DNA of 64,000 bases from an uncultured virus (IMG/VR IMGVR_UViG_3300002140_000088) (taxonomy: Duplodnaviria > Heunggongvirae > Uroviricota > Caudoviricetes). Made by a program: the position numbers and the translations under genes. Location of the stretch: IMG/VR virus record IMGVR_UViG_3300002140_000088; one strand, written 5' to 3'. The notes beneath the pieces are model-generated. The model had not been told where the DNA came from. It saw only the letters and a list, made by a program, of their open reading frames with translations, and did not search any database. Of this stretch, positions 49,266-59,679 are shown piece by piece (within the stretch, counting starts at the first letter, position 1; each line of letters begins with the position of its first letter).

Positions 49266-52200
49266 TATAGTTGATTCCCTCTAATTCTACGTCCCTCTAC
49301 TTGTTTAATGCTTCTCATTACAGTGTTTGCAATTTCGTTTGGATTAGCATCAGACTTGACATTTACGTTCAAGTTATAATTATACACTGAATCGCTATCG
49401 TATGTTCCACGATTAATGTCTTCAAGATTCTTTACCCCGAAACCATTGACAGCTGGACGACGAACAACAAACTCTCCTGGAGTAAGCATTGCTGGGATTG
49501 TGTCAGAACCCATAGAGTATCCACCAGTTGCATACTTCATGACTTTTCCACCCATGTTATAACGTTTAATCATTCCGCCCATAGCATAACCATTGACCAC
49601 ACCACCCATTGATCTAATTATTGTAGGAACTCCAGCTGGTGGTATATAAGCTGGAGTTGGTCTTGGTCTTTGTGAATTAGCATAATCTGTAATACCTCCA
49701 GCTATTGTGGGTGGAACCCTGTCCGCAACAACTGGAGGTATGTATGATGTTCCTGATGTTCCTGTTGATGTTCCTGATGTTCCTGTTGATGTTCCTGGTG
49801 TTCCTGTTGGTGTTGGTGGTGTTGGTGTTGGTGTTGGGGTAGCTGCAGAAGATCCTCCTCCGCCGCCAGATGATTTTTTAGCTGTGGCTTTAGCTGGTTT
49901 TGGTTTATTCAAATATCCACTAATAAGTGTTTCAACAATGTTTAAAGCTTCTCTCATTGCATCAGCAAACTTATACCCATTAGCCTGAGCCAAATCAACG
50001 CTGTTAGCAATAGCATCCCATGCATCACGAGTTTTACCAAGCACCTCAAGGCCATCAATTGCTTGCTGTTTTGCTAGCTCAGCAAGCCTAATTCTTTCTT
50101 GTGCTGGCTCTAACGTATTTTCTTCAATAGCAAATCTATCTTTTTCTAGCTGTAAAATCTTAGCTTCAAGTTCTTCTCTAGTTAAACCACTAGTAGATCT
50201 TGCCATTGCTATTTGAGCACTTTGTGCAGACTCCATCATTCGTCTTTGTGTGGCTAGGGCATCTTCTTGTTGCTGTGCCCGCATGTCCTGAGCTGCCTTA
50301 GCGGCAGCAGCAATGTCACCACGGGATAGGGCATCAGCAAGGTCTAGCTGCTTAGCTTGTGATGCTGCAATCTGATCATTAGCTTCAGCAATCTTATCTA
50401 GTGCTTCAAATCTCTTTTCATAAGAATCATTGATTTCTTTTTCTGCCCAGTCAATTTCCTGTAAAGCTGCCTGGTAGTCATCAAGCTGAAACTCAATTTT
50501 AGAAATTTGTTCTTGTGCACTACTTATTAAAGAAGAATCATCTGCTATTTTAATTTTAAAATTAAGCTCAATCTGTTGTTCTCTAGCACCAAACTGCGAC
50601 ATTGCAGCCTGTAGTCCAGTCCGAAATACATCAGATTGTCCACCAACAGTTAGCTTCTTAATACTTAATTCAAGGTTAGCTTGTTGTTCAGCATTAGCTA
50701 AAGCCTTTGCCAATGCACCTTTATCAATTTTTGGTTCTAGAACAAGATCACGCAAGTTTTTATCACTCATAATTGCACTAATCTGTTCATTAGTATACTG
50801 GCTTCTATTTTTATTTAAATATTCAATTATTTTTCTTTGTTTTTCAAATTCTTTATTTGTTTTTTTAATTGCATCACGAATAGCATTTCTTCTTTGCTCT
50901 TCTTTTTTTATGTCTTCTAGTTCTTTTTGTGCTTTTAAAGCTTCCGTTGCCGCTTGAGCTGCTGCAGCAATATCTGCAGAACTCTTAGTTGTTGCAATTG
51001 CAGAAGCTAAAGCCTTATCCTGTACCATATCATAAGCATCTCCAGCGGCCATCCCAGCACCAACCAGCTTGTGGTATGCAGACACCTGGTCACCAATAGA
51101 TGCCGTTAAACCTTTTTGTCCGCTAACATAGTTTCCAATTGTTGTGGTAGCCATGGCTTGCTTAACTGCTTCTCCAGCTGCATTAAGACTTGTAATTGCA
51201 CCATTTTCATCAAGATTAAATAGTTCTCCCTTACGCTTTTCCCATTCATCTGCGTCCATGCCCAGGATTTTTTTAATCATGGTTTCAGGGACTTTCATGC
51301 TTCTTAGCTTTCCTGATAATCCACCTAATGCAGCAACACCTCCCTTAGAGAAATTCTTGATGGCTGCCAAAGAGTCATCCCATCCAGCAGTTATTTGTTG
51401 ACCTAAATCAAGATTATCTCTTTGGGACTGAACAATTGGATCAAGCCAAGATGAATCAGTGCCCCCACTACTAGAATCATCAGTAGGCTTTACCTCAGCA
51501 CCAGTACCATTGAATCCACCAGCATTTTGTTTTAAAAAGTATGCAGTGGCAACTTCTTTTGCATTAGATGATTGGGCAAATTGTTCTGCACCCTTACCAC
51601 TTAATCCCTTTGCTGCAACATATGCTCCTATTAGATCTGCATCACCTTGCATCAAAGTCATAAATGTAATTATCATGTTTTTATTTACATCAGTTGCTGA
51701 TCCCATGATTTCATCCCATTGGGAAAGGAATGTAGCAGCAACCGTATTTCCATTTTCTGCTCCCTCGATTAACATATCTTTTGATATGACATCTGGATAA
51801 CTATCAAGCTTGTCAACAGCTTCATTAACTGCTGTTATTTTTGCAGCACCCTCTTCTCCAGAAACATCAATATCAAATCCATACAATTCTGGTATTGTTC
51901 CCAGATACGCTAGTGCGTCTAGGTTATCTTTCCACTCATCAGGATTTTTACTTAAGAAATCCATAGTGTAAGCATATTTTTCTGGCTGAACCCCAGCCTG
52001 GTCAAGCAAAGCTACAGCCTGATTTGTTTCTGCAAGGCCAACTTCATCAACCATAAAGTTGTATGCTATCGCTATCTCATCATCTGTTTCTGCAAGATCA
52101 AGTAATTTTTCAACAGTAGTAAAATCAATTTGCCCAGCCCCAAGAGCTGCCTCAAGAGATACCCTAAAATTTGTTTCTGTTGTTTGCTGATCAGCAGTTT

Positions 52201-55200
52201 TAGAATTAAATCCAGAAAAAAGATTTCCAAAAAATCCTTGGTCTCCAGTTTTAGACAGTCTTTTACTTGTAGCCCCAGCCAGTGCTTCTAGCCCAGTTCC
52301 TTCATACCTTGCAGCTACCATATCCTTGCTAATTTTGCTAAACTCTTTTCCACCAATAATTTCTGCTTGAGATCTAAGATTATTTAAAATTTCATCATTA
52401 CCAGAAAGTATGTCGGCCTTACTATCTGAAGCTTTTTTCTCTAATATTGCAATATTCCCAGCAATTGTTTGTCTTTCTTCTTCAGTTGTTGCTAAGTCTT
52501 TTGCAAGCGTTAATTCTGCTAACCTTTGATTGTATTGTTGGTCAATAATATCAAGTTGTTGTTGACTTAAATCAAGTGCATTAAACCCAATTGCAATAGT
52601 TTCTCCAGCAGCTTTGGCTTGAGCTTTATCAATTTCGTTTTGATCCAGTATTCCACTAGTTCCTGCGCCAGCGGCAAGTCCAAGGGCTGCTCCAGGAGCT
52701 GCACCAATACCACCAGCGAATGCTCCGACAATGCCTCCAACAGCAGTAGAAATACCAGTGATCAGCATATTTCTTCCCATATTTTTATCAGTAACATCTT
52801 GGGCAATATTATTCTGAACATTAATTAATCTATCAAAAGCTTCAGTTTGTTGATTTATAGCATTTTCTTGTAATTTAGTAGAAACGGTAAATGGATCATT
52901 CTGAACATTAATGCCTCCTACACCAACAATCTGATTCAACTCAGCATTAATTTTCATTGGAATAGAGTAATCGTCAAGCTGTTGACCAATAGCCATGACA
53001 ATACTTCTTGCTTGGTCATTAGTTAATACCCCTTGCAACATGGCATTGGTTAGTTGATTTGATAAAGCAGAAGTCATATCGTTAACAGTCATGCCAGCCT
53101 CTTGCATGTTCTTAACGCTATCCATCAAGTTTTTCCCAGCATCAGACTCAATAAATGATTGTCCAAATTTTGGATCTGCTACTGGGGCTATACCCTGGAT
53201 TCTAGTATCACGTTGTGCCTGAGTTAACTCGGTAGCACCAACAGTACCTGTAAATTCACTTATTGATTTAATTTTTTCAGATGTAGAAGACATTGAGTTT
53301 GCAAGCTCAATACCAGCATCTCTAGCTTTATTTACACTATCTATATATTTATAAATTCCATAGCCTAAACCTCCAATGGCAGCAACCGCCAAGGCTATAG
53401 GTCCTGGTAGCATAGAGAGCAACATTCCAATACCCATCAATGGTCCGGCTATTTGAGAACCAACCTCTCCAGCTTTTCCTGGTAACATTGAAGCTACCAT
53501 TCCGCCAGCCATCATTCCCATTCCTACTTTGCCCATACTCATACCGCCTCTAGCAGCAGGAGCACCATTGCCTGCGGCAGGGGCAGGGATTCTTCTTCCA
53601 CCCTGCGAATAATAAGTTCTTCCATCTTTACCAACAGTTGATGTTATTGGTCCAGTTGGTGCAGGTTTTACTGGTGGTACTACTGTAGCTGATTTTTTTG
53701 CAGCTTTTGCAGCTTGAGTAGTAGTCTTTGTAACTTTTTTGACAGCAGCAGTATTTTTCTTTTTTTCTGTAGTAGCTTGTTGTGTAGTCTTTGTATTTTG
53801 TTCATTAGCATTGGTTGATTTTTTAAGCGAAGCAACATGGCGATCTGCTGCCTTTTTTTGAGCAGGAGTCCAATCACTTTGCGGCAGTTTGTCTGCGGCT
53901 AGTTGACCAACTCCTACTGCCCTAGCGTATTTCCCAAATGTTGCCGACATTGCCTTTTTAGGAATTTTGCCAGCAGACCAATCTTTGCCAATTGCTCTTA
54001 GTGCTTTGCCCTGTATAGAAGCTTCTCTATTGCTTAATGCAATACCTTTTTGAGTTTTATCCATAATAGACCTGATGTCTTTAGAGCTGGCATTAGTCTT
54101 TTTTAAATATTCAGATAAAACTTTTTGATTATTTGGAGATTTTCTAACAGTATCTCCAATTAAATTATTTTCTCCACCAGTTCTTGGATTCCACATACCT
54201 GGCTTATCCCATAGCGATATGTCCTTTTTATTAAGTCCAGTAAGATCTACTCTATGAGATCTATTTATTGTCTTTGCTGATTCAATCTCACTATTAGTTA
54301 TTGCGGTGCCCTCTTTGCGCATCTTTAGCAATTCTTTTTCTGTGGCTGCTGCTGCGGCATTAGCCTTAGCTAGCTCTATCGGATTAGCTTCTGAGATTGG
54401 TTTTGACCCAGGGTACGAATATCCAGACCTAAACCCTGGAACATTGTCAGCTATCATTGACTTAATAAAGCCACCATACTTTTGTGCCTGTTTTGCTGGA
54501 ATAACCGCTTCTCCAGGAGAAAGCATTGCTGGGACTACATCACCAGCACCTTTTGGTCCAGGAACAGAAAAAATACCATTAGCATATTTTGGGATTACTC
54601 CACCAGAACTCATTCCTCTCGCTCTACCTCCACGAACTGGAACGCCTAGAAGTAGTCTTTGAGCTGCCACTTGCTCCTGGTAGGCTGCGGTTAGGACTCT
54701 TACAGCAGCTGTTTCAGAACTAAATGTTTGTTTTAGATTAGTGTGTGTTTGATTTAGTGCAGCAGCAACTGCTTGAGCTTCAAGCTGCTGTTGGGTCATG
54801 TATTCTGTTTGAGTGCCAAGATCTCTAACTCCAGCACTACCCTTACCGATTTGAGAAATTGCTGCAAAGAATTTAATAATATTAGCAACACCGTTAGCAA
54901 AAAGACCAACAATCATCAAAACTGATGGGGCAATAACACCTAGCGTAGCTACGAGGCCTATAACAACTTGTTTTCCGCCATCGCTAAGATCATTAAACTT
55001 ATTTAATATTTTAGTACCAAACTCCATAATTGGAGTAACAGCTTTAAGAAATGCTTCACCAACTGGTGCTAACGCAACGGTTAGGTCTTCCCAAGCTTTT
55101 CTAAATTTAAACAATGGAGAATCTTCAATACGCTGAAGCTCTCTCTGTGAAAGAATTGCAAGTTCTTCAGTACTAGAGGCCGTAAGCTTTAAAACTCTAC

Positions 55201-56593
55201 TAGCCTGATTACCCTCAGCTACAACATTTTGGAATAGTGTTGAAAGTCTAGAGAATTGAAATTTTCCAAATAATTGCTCAATAGCTCTTGCCCTGTTCAG
55301 TGGGTCTAGAGTATCTAAGGCTTTAGCAAACTCTATAACCGTACCTTTTATATCTCCAGCATTAGCTTCTACAATACCATTGATATTAATACCAAAACCA
55401 GCAAGCATTTCAGATGCTTTTGCTGATGGGTTAATCAAAGAGGCTAGACCAGATTTTAGTGCGTTAGCACCTTCAGAAGCATTAATGCCACCTTCTTTCA
55501 TAGCGGTAAGGAAGAACGCAAGATCTTCTACATCTCCACCAAGCTGTTTGACTACTGGACCAGCTTTTGGAATTGCTGTAGTTAGGTCTTCAATGCTAAC
55601 AACAGTTTGGTTTTCAACGGCATTGAGGAAGTCAATTTTTTCAGATAATTTATCTGCAGCAATTCCAAACGTATTCGTTAATGATATAGTTGTATCTAAG
55701 GCTTCTTGTTGTCCTACCCCACCCAACACAGCTAGTCTAGATGCTTGACTTACTTGTGCAAGAAGATCAGCCCCCATCTTACCCATTGCAGCTGCATCAG
55801 CAGCCATAGCCATGGTATCTTTTAGGGCAACTCCATATTTTGTAAACTCACTACCAAGCTCTTTAAGGCTTGCAAGCATTTTATCGGTCTCTGCTTGAGA
55901 AGTAAAAAGTTCTCCATAAACACGTTTAAATCTAATAGCCTGCTCTTCAAGATCCATAAAGGCTTTTGAGGCTACAGTTCCAAAAATAGTCAAAGGAATT
56001 GTAAAACCAACCATAAGCTGACGACCAGCCCACTGAGTATTTTTACCCCAGTTCAACATGTTAGTTGAACCCTGTCTAATTAACTGATTAAACAGTGCTT
56101 GCTTTTGGGAGGCTATGGCAGTCTTTGTTGCAAGGCTTTCCATATCCAAAGCTAATGGTCTTATGGCAATTGCTTTTAATGAACCGCTGGCATCACGACC
56201 CATTTTGATATATTGGGTTTGAAGAGTTTTAACTCTTTCTCTAGCAACCTTGTTTACAGTATCTAGTTCTGTACGAAACAGCTTAGAAAAGTTTTTTGAG
56301 GATGCTCCAGCATAACGAAAATACTGCCCCATGGACAGCTTATTTTTTTCTAAAGCATTTGTGAATGACTCTGTACTACTTGCAATTGTAGTCATTCTTG
56401 CAGAGAATTGACCAGTAGAATTAATGCTATTTAGCAGATTTCTCTGCATACCCACGGCTTGAGCATTAGCGTTAGCATTAAGCTTTGTCATTTTTTGCTG
56501 AAATAATGAAATTTCAGCTTGCAAAGAACGAAGCGTTGCTAAAGCTTGTGACGCATTAAGATTTATATCTATATTGGCTTGTGCATCAGCCAT
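49265..56593 (-). CDS. tape measure protein
   Basis: Ala-rich helical protein of about 2440 aa with a TP901-type core (AGPVVKQLGGD...EGANALKS...IEQLFGK), after the tail chaperones. Confidence 0.93.
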   Translation of the reverse strand: MADAQANIDINLNASQALATLRSLQAEISLFQQKMTKLNANANAQAVGMQRNLLNSINSTGQFSARMTTIASSTESFTNALEKNKLSMGQYFRYAGASSKNFSKLFRTELDTVNKVARERVKTLQTQYIKMGRDASGSLKAIAIRPLALDMESLATKTAIASQKQALFNQLIRQGSTNMLNWGKNTQWAGRQLMVGFTIPLTIFGTVASKAFMDLEEQAIRFKRVYGELFTSQAETDKMLASLKELGSEFTKYGVALKDTMAMAADAAAMGKMGADLLAQVSQASRLAVLGGVGQQEALDTTISLTNTFGIAADKLSEKIDFLNAVENQTVVSIEDLTTAIPKAGPVVKQLGGDVEDLAFFLTAMKEGGINASEGANALKSGLASLINPSAKASEMLAGFGININGIVEANAGDIKGTVIEFAKALDTLDPLNRARAIEQLFGKFQFSRLSTLFQNVVAEGNQASRVLKLTASSTEELAILSQRELQRIEDSPLFKFRKAWEDLTVALAPVGEAFLKAVTPIMEFGTKILNKFNDLSDGGKQVVIGLVATLGVIAPSVLMIVGLFANGVANIIKFFAAISQIGKGSAGVRDLGTQTEYMTQQQLEAQAVAAALNQTHTNLKQTFSSETAAVRVLTAAYQEQVAAQRLLLGVPVRGGRARGMSSGGVIPKYANGIFSVPGPKGAGDVVPAMLSPGEAVIPAKQAQKYGGFIKSMIADNVPGFRSGYSYPGSKPISEANPIELAKANAAAAATEKELLKMRKEGTAITNSEIESAKTINRSHRVDLTGLNKKDISLWDKPGMWNPRTGGENNLIGDTVRKSPNNQKVLSEYLKKTNASSKDIRSIMDKTQKGIALSNREASIQGKALRAIGKDWSAGKIPKKAMSATFGKYARAVGVGQLAADKLPQSDWTPAQKKAADRHVASLKKSTNANEQNTKTTQQATTEKKKNTAAVKKVTKTTTQAAKAAKKSATVVPPVKPAPTGPITSTVGKDGRTYYSQGGRRIPAPAAGNGAPAARGGMSMGKVGMGMMAGGMVASMLPGKAGEVGSQIAGPLMGIGMLLSMLPGPIALAVAAIGGLGYGIYKYIDSVNKARDAGIELANSMSSTSEKIKSISEFTGTVGATELTQAQRDTRIQGIAPVADPKFGQSFIESDAGKNLMDSVKNMQEAGMTVNDMTSALSNQLTNAMLQGVLTNDQARSIVMAIGQQLDDYSIPMKINAELNQIVGVGGINVQNDPFTVSTKLQENAINQQTEAFDRLINVQNNIAQDVTDKNMGRNMLITGISTAVGGIVGAFAGGIGAAPGAALGLAAGAGTSGILDQNEIDKAQAKAAGETIAIGFNALDLSQQQLDIIDQQYNQRLAELTLAKDLATTEEERQTIAGNIAILEKKASDSKADILSGNDEILNNLRSQAEIIGGKEFSKISKDMVAARYEGTGLEALAGATSKRLSKTGDQGFFGNLFSGFNSKTADQQTTETNFRVSLEAALGAGQIDFTTVEKLLDLAETDDEIAIAYNFMVDEVGLAETNQAVALLDQAGVQPEKYAYTMDFLSKNPDEWKDNLDALAYLGTIPELYGFDIDVSGEEGAAKITAVNEAVDKLDSYPDVISKDMLIEGAENGNTVAATFLSQWDEIMGSATDVNKNMIITFMTLMQGDADLIGAYVAAKGLSGKGAEQFAQSSNAKEVATAYFLKQNAGGFNGTGAEVKPTDDSSSGGTDSSWLDPIVQSQRDNLDLGQQITAGWDDSLAAIKNFSKGGVAALGGLSGKLRSMKVPETMIKKILGMDADEWEKRKGELFNLDENGAITSLNAAGEAVKQAMATTTIGNYVSGQKGLTASIGDQVSAYHKLVGAGMAAGDAYDMVQDKALASAIATTKSSADIAAAAQAATEALKAQKELEDIKKEEQRRNAIRDAIKKTNKEFEKQRKIIEYLNKNRSQYTNEQISAIMSDKNLRDLVLEPKIDKGALAKALANAEQQANLELSIKKLTVGGQSDVFRTGLQAAMSQFGAREQQIELNFKIKIADDSSLISSAQEQISKIEFQLDDYQAALQEIDWAEKEINDSYEKRFEALDKIAEANDQIAASQAKQLDLADALSRGDIAAAAKAAQDMRAQQQEDALATQRRMMESAQSAQIAMARSTSGLTREELEAKILQLEKDRFAIEENTLEPAQERIRLAELAKQQAIDGLEVLGKTRDAWDAIANSVDLAQANGYKFADAMREALNIVETLISGYLNKPKPAKATAKKSSGGGGGSSAATPTPTPTPPTPTGTPGTSTGTSGTSTGTSGTSYIPPVVADRVPPTIAGGITDYANSQRPRPTPAYIPPAGVPTIIRSMGGVVNGYAMGGMIKRYNMGGKVMKYATGGYSMGSDTIPAMLTPGEFVVRRPAVNGFGVKNLEDINRGTYDSDSVYNYNLNVNVKSDANPNEIANTVMRSIKQVEGRRIRGNQL
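49746..49840 (-). repeat. low-complexity tandem repeat in TMP (PT/TSG linker)
   Basis: gatgttcct/gttggt units encoding TPTPTPTPPTPTGTPGTSTGTSGTSTGTSGTS. Confidence 0.8.
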
Positions 56594-56610
56594 GAACAAT
56601 TACTCCCTTA

Positions 56611-56922
56611 TTACATATTAATAAGAGAATCTGTTAGTCTCGCCCCAGATGCCTCTTCTACAATTCGATATACTGTTGGTAAATCGAGTAGTTCTTCAAG
56701 CTTCTCTAGATCTTCTGCTAGTTCTGGCTTGTACTGCTTCATAGCAATTTGTACACACTCCATGAGGATATTCATAGACTTATCGTTATCTGCTGCTACT
56801 TCTTGAATTTGTTCAAACTTTTTCATAAAACTTCTAAGAAGTGAAATCTTTAGTGGTCTTACAGTAATCTTTGAACCATCAACCAAAGTTAATTCTTTTT
56901 CTTCATTTACATTTGTTGCCAT
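56611..56922 (-). CDS. tail assembly chaperone, short G-like form
   Basis: Between major tail gene and TMP; paralog of the N-terminus of 56967-57662. Confidence 0.8.
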   Translation of the reverse strand: MATNVNEEKELTLVDGSKITVRPLKISLLRSFMKKFEQIQEVAADNDKSMNILMECVQIAMKQYKPELAEDLEKLEELLDLPTVYRIVEEASGARLTDSLINM

Positions 56923-56952
56923 TATTGTCTTTCTCCTGTTCTCGGCTATTCT

Positions 56953-56961
56953 ATTATAACA
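56953..56961 (-). promoter_or_regulatory. extended -10 promoter for the G-like chaperone and TMP
   Basis: TGTTATAAT, then SD AGGAGA at 56932-56937. Confidence 0.6.
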
Positions 56962-56966
56962 CAGAG

Positions 56967-57662
56967 CTAATCTTTTTTACGTTCAATCTTTTCATACCCC
57001 AGCCCCATGCCGATACCAAATCCAGCCTTTTGTGCATTGATACCTTGTAAAGCAGTAATATCATTTGGATTACTAGTTGCTCCACCGCTAAATACACGGG
57101 CTTTCATTTCTTCCCACTTATTACTTTTACCACTTTGTTCATCTAAGTCAACACCTTGCATTGCAGCTAAGAATTTTTTTTCATTGTAGTCTAGGTCTCT
57201 AATTTTTTCAATAATAATAAGCAACTCAGACATTGAAACAGATCTTTCTAAATGATCAAAATTTTGCCAAGATCCAATAATAAATATTTCTGCTTCTAGT
57301 GAAGCTAGGTCTAAATTATTCCAAGTGCTCTTATCGCTCTCGTCTTTTGCTTGTTTTTCAATATCTTCTTTTTCACCATTAATTTTAATGCCAGCACAAA
57401 TATCAAGCATTTCATATATTGTGGGGAGATCAACCAAGTCTTCTAGCTGTTCCCTATTCTCTATAACTGGATAATGTTGTTTCATACAGATTGTTGCACA
57501 TTCAGATAATATCATTATAGACTGTTCATCATTAGTAGCAAATTTAATTAAATCAAAGATATCCATAAATTCTTTTAAGAATTTAATTTTTAATGGACTC
57601 ATAAGAATTTCTGTACCATCGATTAGATTGATAGTTTTTGATTCGTAAACATTCTTAGCCAT
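56967..57662 (-). CDS. tail assembly chaperone, long GT-like form
   Basis: G-like N-terminus plus C-terminal W..LDL..LE...W..F..LE...EL domain in a single frame. Confidence 0.75.
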   Translation of the reverse strand: MAKNVYESKTINLIDGTEILMSPLKIKFLKEFMDIFDLIKFATNDEQSIMILSECATICMKQHYPVIENREQLEDLVDLPTIYEMLDICAGIKINGEKEDIEKQAKDESDKSTWNNLDLASLEAEIFIIGSWQNFDHLERSVSMSELLIIIEKIRDLDYNEKKFLAAMQGVDLDEQSGKSNKWEEMKARVFSGGATSNPNDITALQGINAQKAGFGIGMGLGYEKIERKKD

Positions 57663-57668
57663 TACTCT

Positions 57669-57677
57669 ATTGTAGCA
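57669..57677 (-). promoter_or_regulatory. extended -10 promoter, probably leaderless
   Basis: TGCTACAAT, 6 nt, then ATG; no SD. Confidence 0.65.
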
Positions 57678-57681
57678 AAAT

Positions 57682-57709
57682 AAAACTGCCCAGGTTTTAT
57701 CCTGGGCAG
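57682..57709 (-). terminator. intrinsic terminator after the major tail gene
   Basis: CTGCCCAGG-ATAAAA-CCTGGGCAG-TTTT. Confidence 0.8.
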
Positions 57710-57730
57710 CTCTATTACTTTACAGCTTTA

Positions 57731-58384
57731 TTAGGAAACTAGGGAAAGTGTACGGTCAACGATCTTACCATATGACGCAGCGTCATTGGGAAGAAGGCGG
57801 AACGAAACTTCAAACATAGTTGCCTCATCACGCTTAGCTGATACTGTAACGCTCTCAATAGAGAGTGCACGGTATGCAACGTAAATGCGTTCGATGGTTT
57901 CAGAAGCAGCACAGTCACCTGTACCTGGTCCAATTGCAACGAGACCACGCTCTACAGGACATTCTCCGATGTCACCAGCAGAAAGGTTCATTACCTGGTT
58001 TCCAACCCACTTCTCGTTTCCAGTGTCGTCACCAGTTGGGTCGATGTCTTCGTCCCGTCCAGCAACTGCGTAAAGAAGGTTCTCAAGTGTTGCTTCAGCA
58101 AAAGCAGTATTCAGGTTAACCTGCATACCCTGCTTGTAAAGCTTAGCAACGTCTAGAACCTGGTCTACCTGTACTTCACCGAAGTCAGGCTGGAAAACAA
58201 TTTCCAGACCATTCATAGTGTATCCAACATTACGGAAGTCAACGTCGTCGGTCAAAGTATTTTTGAAAGACGTGTCCTCGACTAGGCTAGGTAGATCGGT
58301 ATCAGCCAATGTACCAGCTTCGTATGTGAATAGTGCAGCAGCACCCACAATAATTTGTGAGCTATTACCACGAGTATATGCCAT
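57731..58384 (-). CDS. major tail protein
   Basis: IIVGAA, VGYTMNG, VDQ, EATLENL; position and downstream terminator. Confidence 0.85.
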   Translation of the reverse strand: MAYTRGNSSQIIVGAAALFTYEAGTLADTDLPSLVEDTSFKNTLTDDVDFRNVGYTMNGLEIVFQPDFGEVQVDQVLDVAKLYKQGMQVNLNTAFAEATLENLLYAVAGRDEDIDPTGDDTGNEKWVGNQVMNLSAGDIGECPVERGLVAIGPGTGDCAASETIERIYVAYRALSIESVTVSAKRDEATMFEVSFRLLPNDAASYGKIVDRTLSLVS

Positions 58385-58450
58385 AATTTTTCACCTCATT
58401 TTCTATAATGAAATATGGGCGTGTTTCCTCAATATAATTATACATGCCTT

Positions 58451-58999
58451 TTATGAATAATTTTGAACATGGTAGTCATAGCTAATTATAATCTTGGTTG
58501 CAGAATAAGTTCTAGCTGTTTGTTGGGCAACTATATCTCTTGCTTCCTCCAAAGAGTACATGTTAAGCTCATGAAAAAATACTGGTTTAAATATTCTTTT
58601 TTGTCTTCCAGTCCCAAGGGCAACTAGCTTAGAGCTATTTACTTTTGTAGATATCCAGGCATTGATTTCTTGAGCAGACTCATCTTTACGATCAAGAAGA
58701 TCAGAGATTACCTGTACTGTTTCAATTAAGGCTTCTGGATCACTATTCATTTTATAAAGGTATAGCATTATCTGCTCACACTTAATGTGTGGGAATGGTT
58801 TCCTATTTAGTTTAAACATTCTATCATATACCCCAAAAACATCATTAGCATTGGCTGGATAGCTTTTCATCAAAGAGTTGATATCTGTTGGAAGGGTAGG
58901 GAAGAATCTAAACTCACCCTTGAAACGGCCTGGTAGCCTCTCTGGGACCTTTTCGGCAAGGTATTCGTTAATTAGTACAGGTGGATATGTAATAGCCAT
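58451..58999 (-). CDS. tail terminator or completion protein (putative)
   Basis: Position upstream of the major tail gene. Confidence 0.55.
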   Translation of the reverse strand: MAITYPPVLINEYLAEKVPERLPGRFKGEFRFFPTLPTDINSLMKSYPANANDVFGVYDRMFKLNRKPFPHIKCEQIMLYLYKMNSDPEALIETVQVISDLLDRKDESAQEINAWISTKVNSSKLVALGTGRQKRIFKPVFFHELNMYSLEEARDIVAQQTARTYSATKIIISYDYHVQNYS

Positions 59000-59679
59000 T
59001 ATGCTCCTATTCCAAGACTTGTTATCCATCTAAGTCCAGCTGGTATTCCAGCAGATTTTCCAGCCTTAAGTCCTGATTGTAAATTTTTCTTATATGTATT
59101 CATATTTCCAAATTTTTTAGTAATCCCAGCAATTTGCAAAAATGCTTGAGATAAATAGCTATTTATAAATAAATCAAAACTATTCTCAAAGCTTCCTTGA
59201 ACAAATTGACCACCAGGATTATCTACTGAAATAGGATTTCTAGTAAATACAGTTTCTCCATTATCCTCAAACACAAGAACCTCAGAGTTTCTTGGTCTAA
59301 TAGTTACAGAAATTCCATTCTCCATCATATTTGCCTTATCATAAAATGGAATATTAGAACCATTTTTAATTGATGATGATTGTCTAAACGTTGATCTTAA
59401 AGATAACCCAAGATTACTGACAGTATAATTTATATCAAAAAGTCTAGCATTTGGACTTCCGGTCTGATTCCATTCATAAACATGATGAAGCATTTCTGGA
59501 TTTTGTCTACTCATGGAGTCAATAAAAAAACTAAGAGCTTCTGTAGCTTTTTCTCCAACTGTAGCAAAAAATATCTTTTTGCCTGCATTAGCACCTTCCA
59601 CAAATCCAAAAGAATACTGAACAAGATTATTCATCTCTCTCGCAAAACTTTTATCTAGATCAAACCTTGTACTTATCAT
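58999..59679 (-). CDS. neck or tail completion protein (putative)
   Basis: LHHVYEW...RLF; position. Confidence 0.55.
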   Translation of the reverse strand: MISTRFDLDKSFAREMNNLVQYSFGFVEGANAGKKIFFATVGEKATEALSFFIDSMSRQNPEMLHHVYEWNQTGSPNARLFDINYTVSNLGLSLRSTFRQSSSIKNGSNIPFYDKANMMENGISVTIRPRNSEVLVFEDNGETVFTRNPISVDNPGGQFVQGSFENSFDLFINSYLSQAFLQIAGITKKFGNMNTYKKNLQSGLKAGKSAGIPAGLRWITSLGIGA

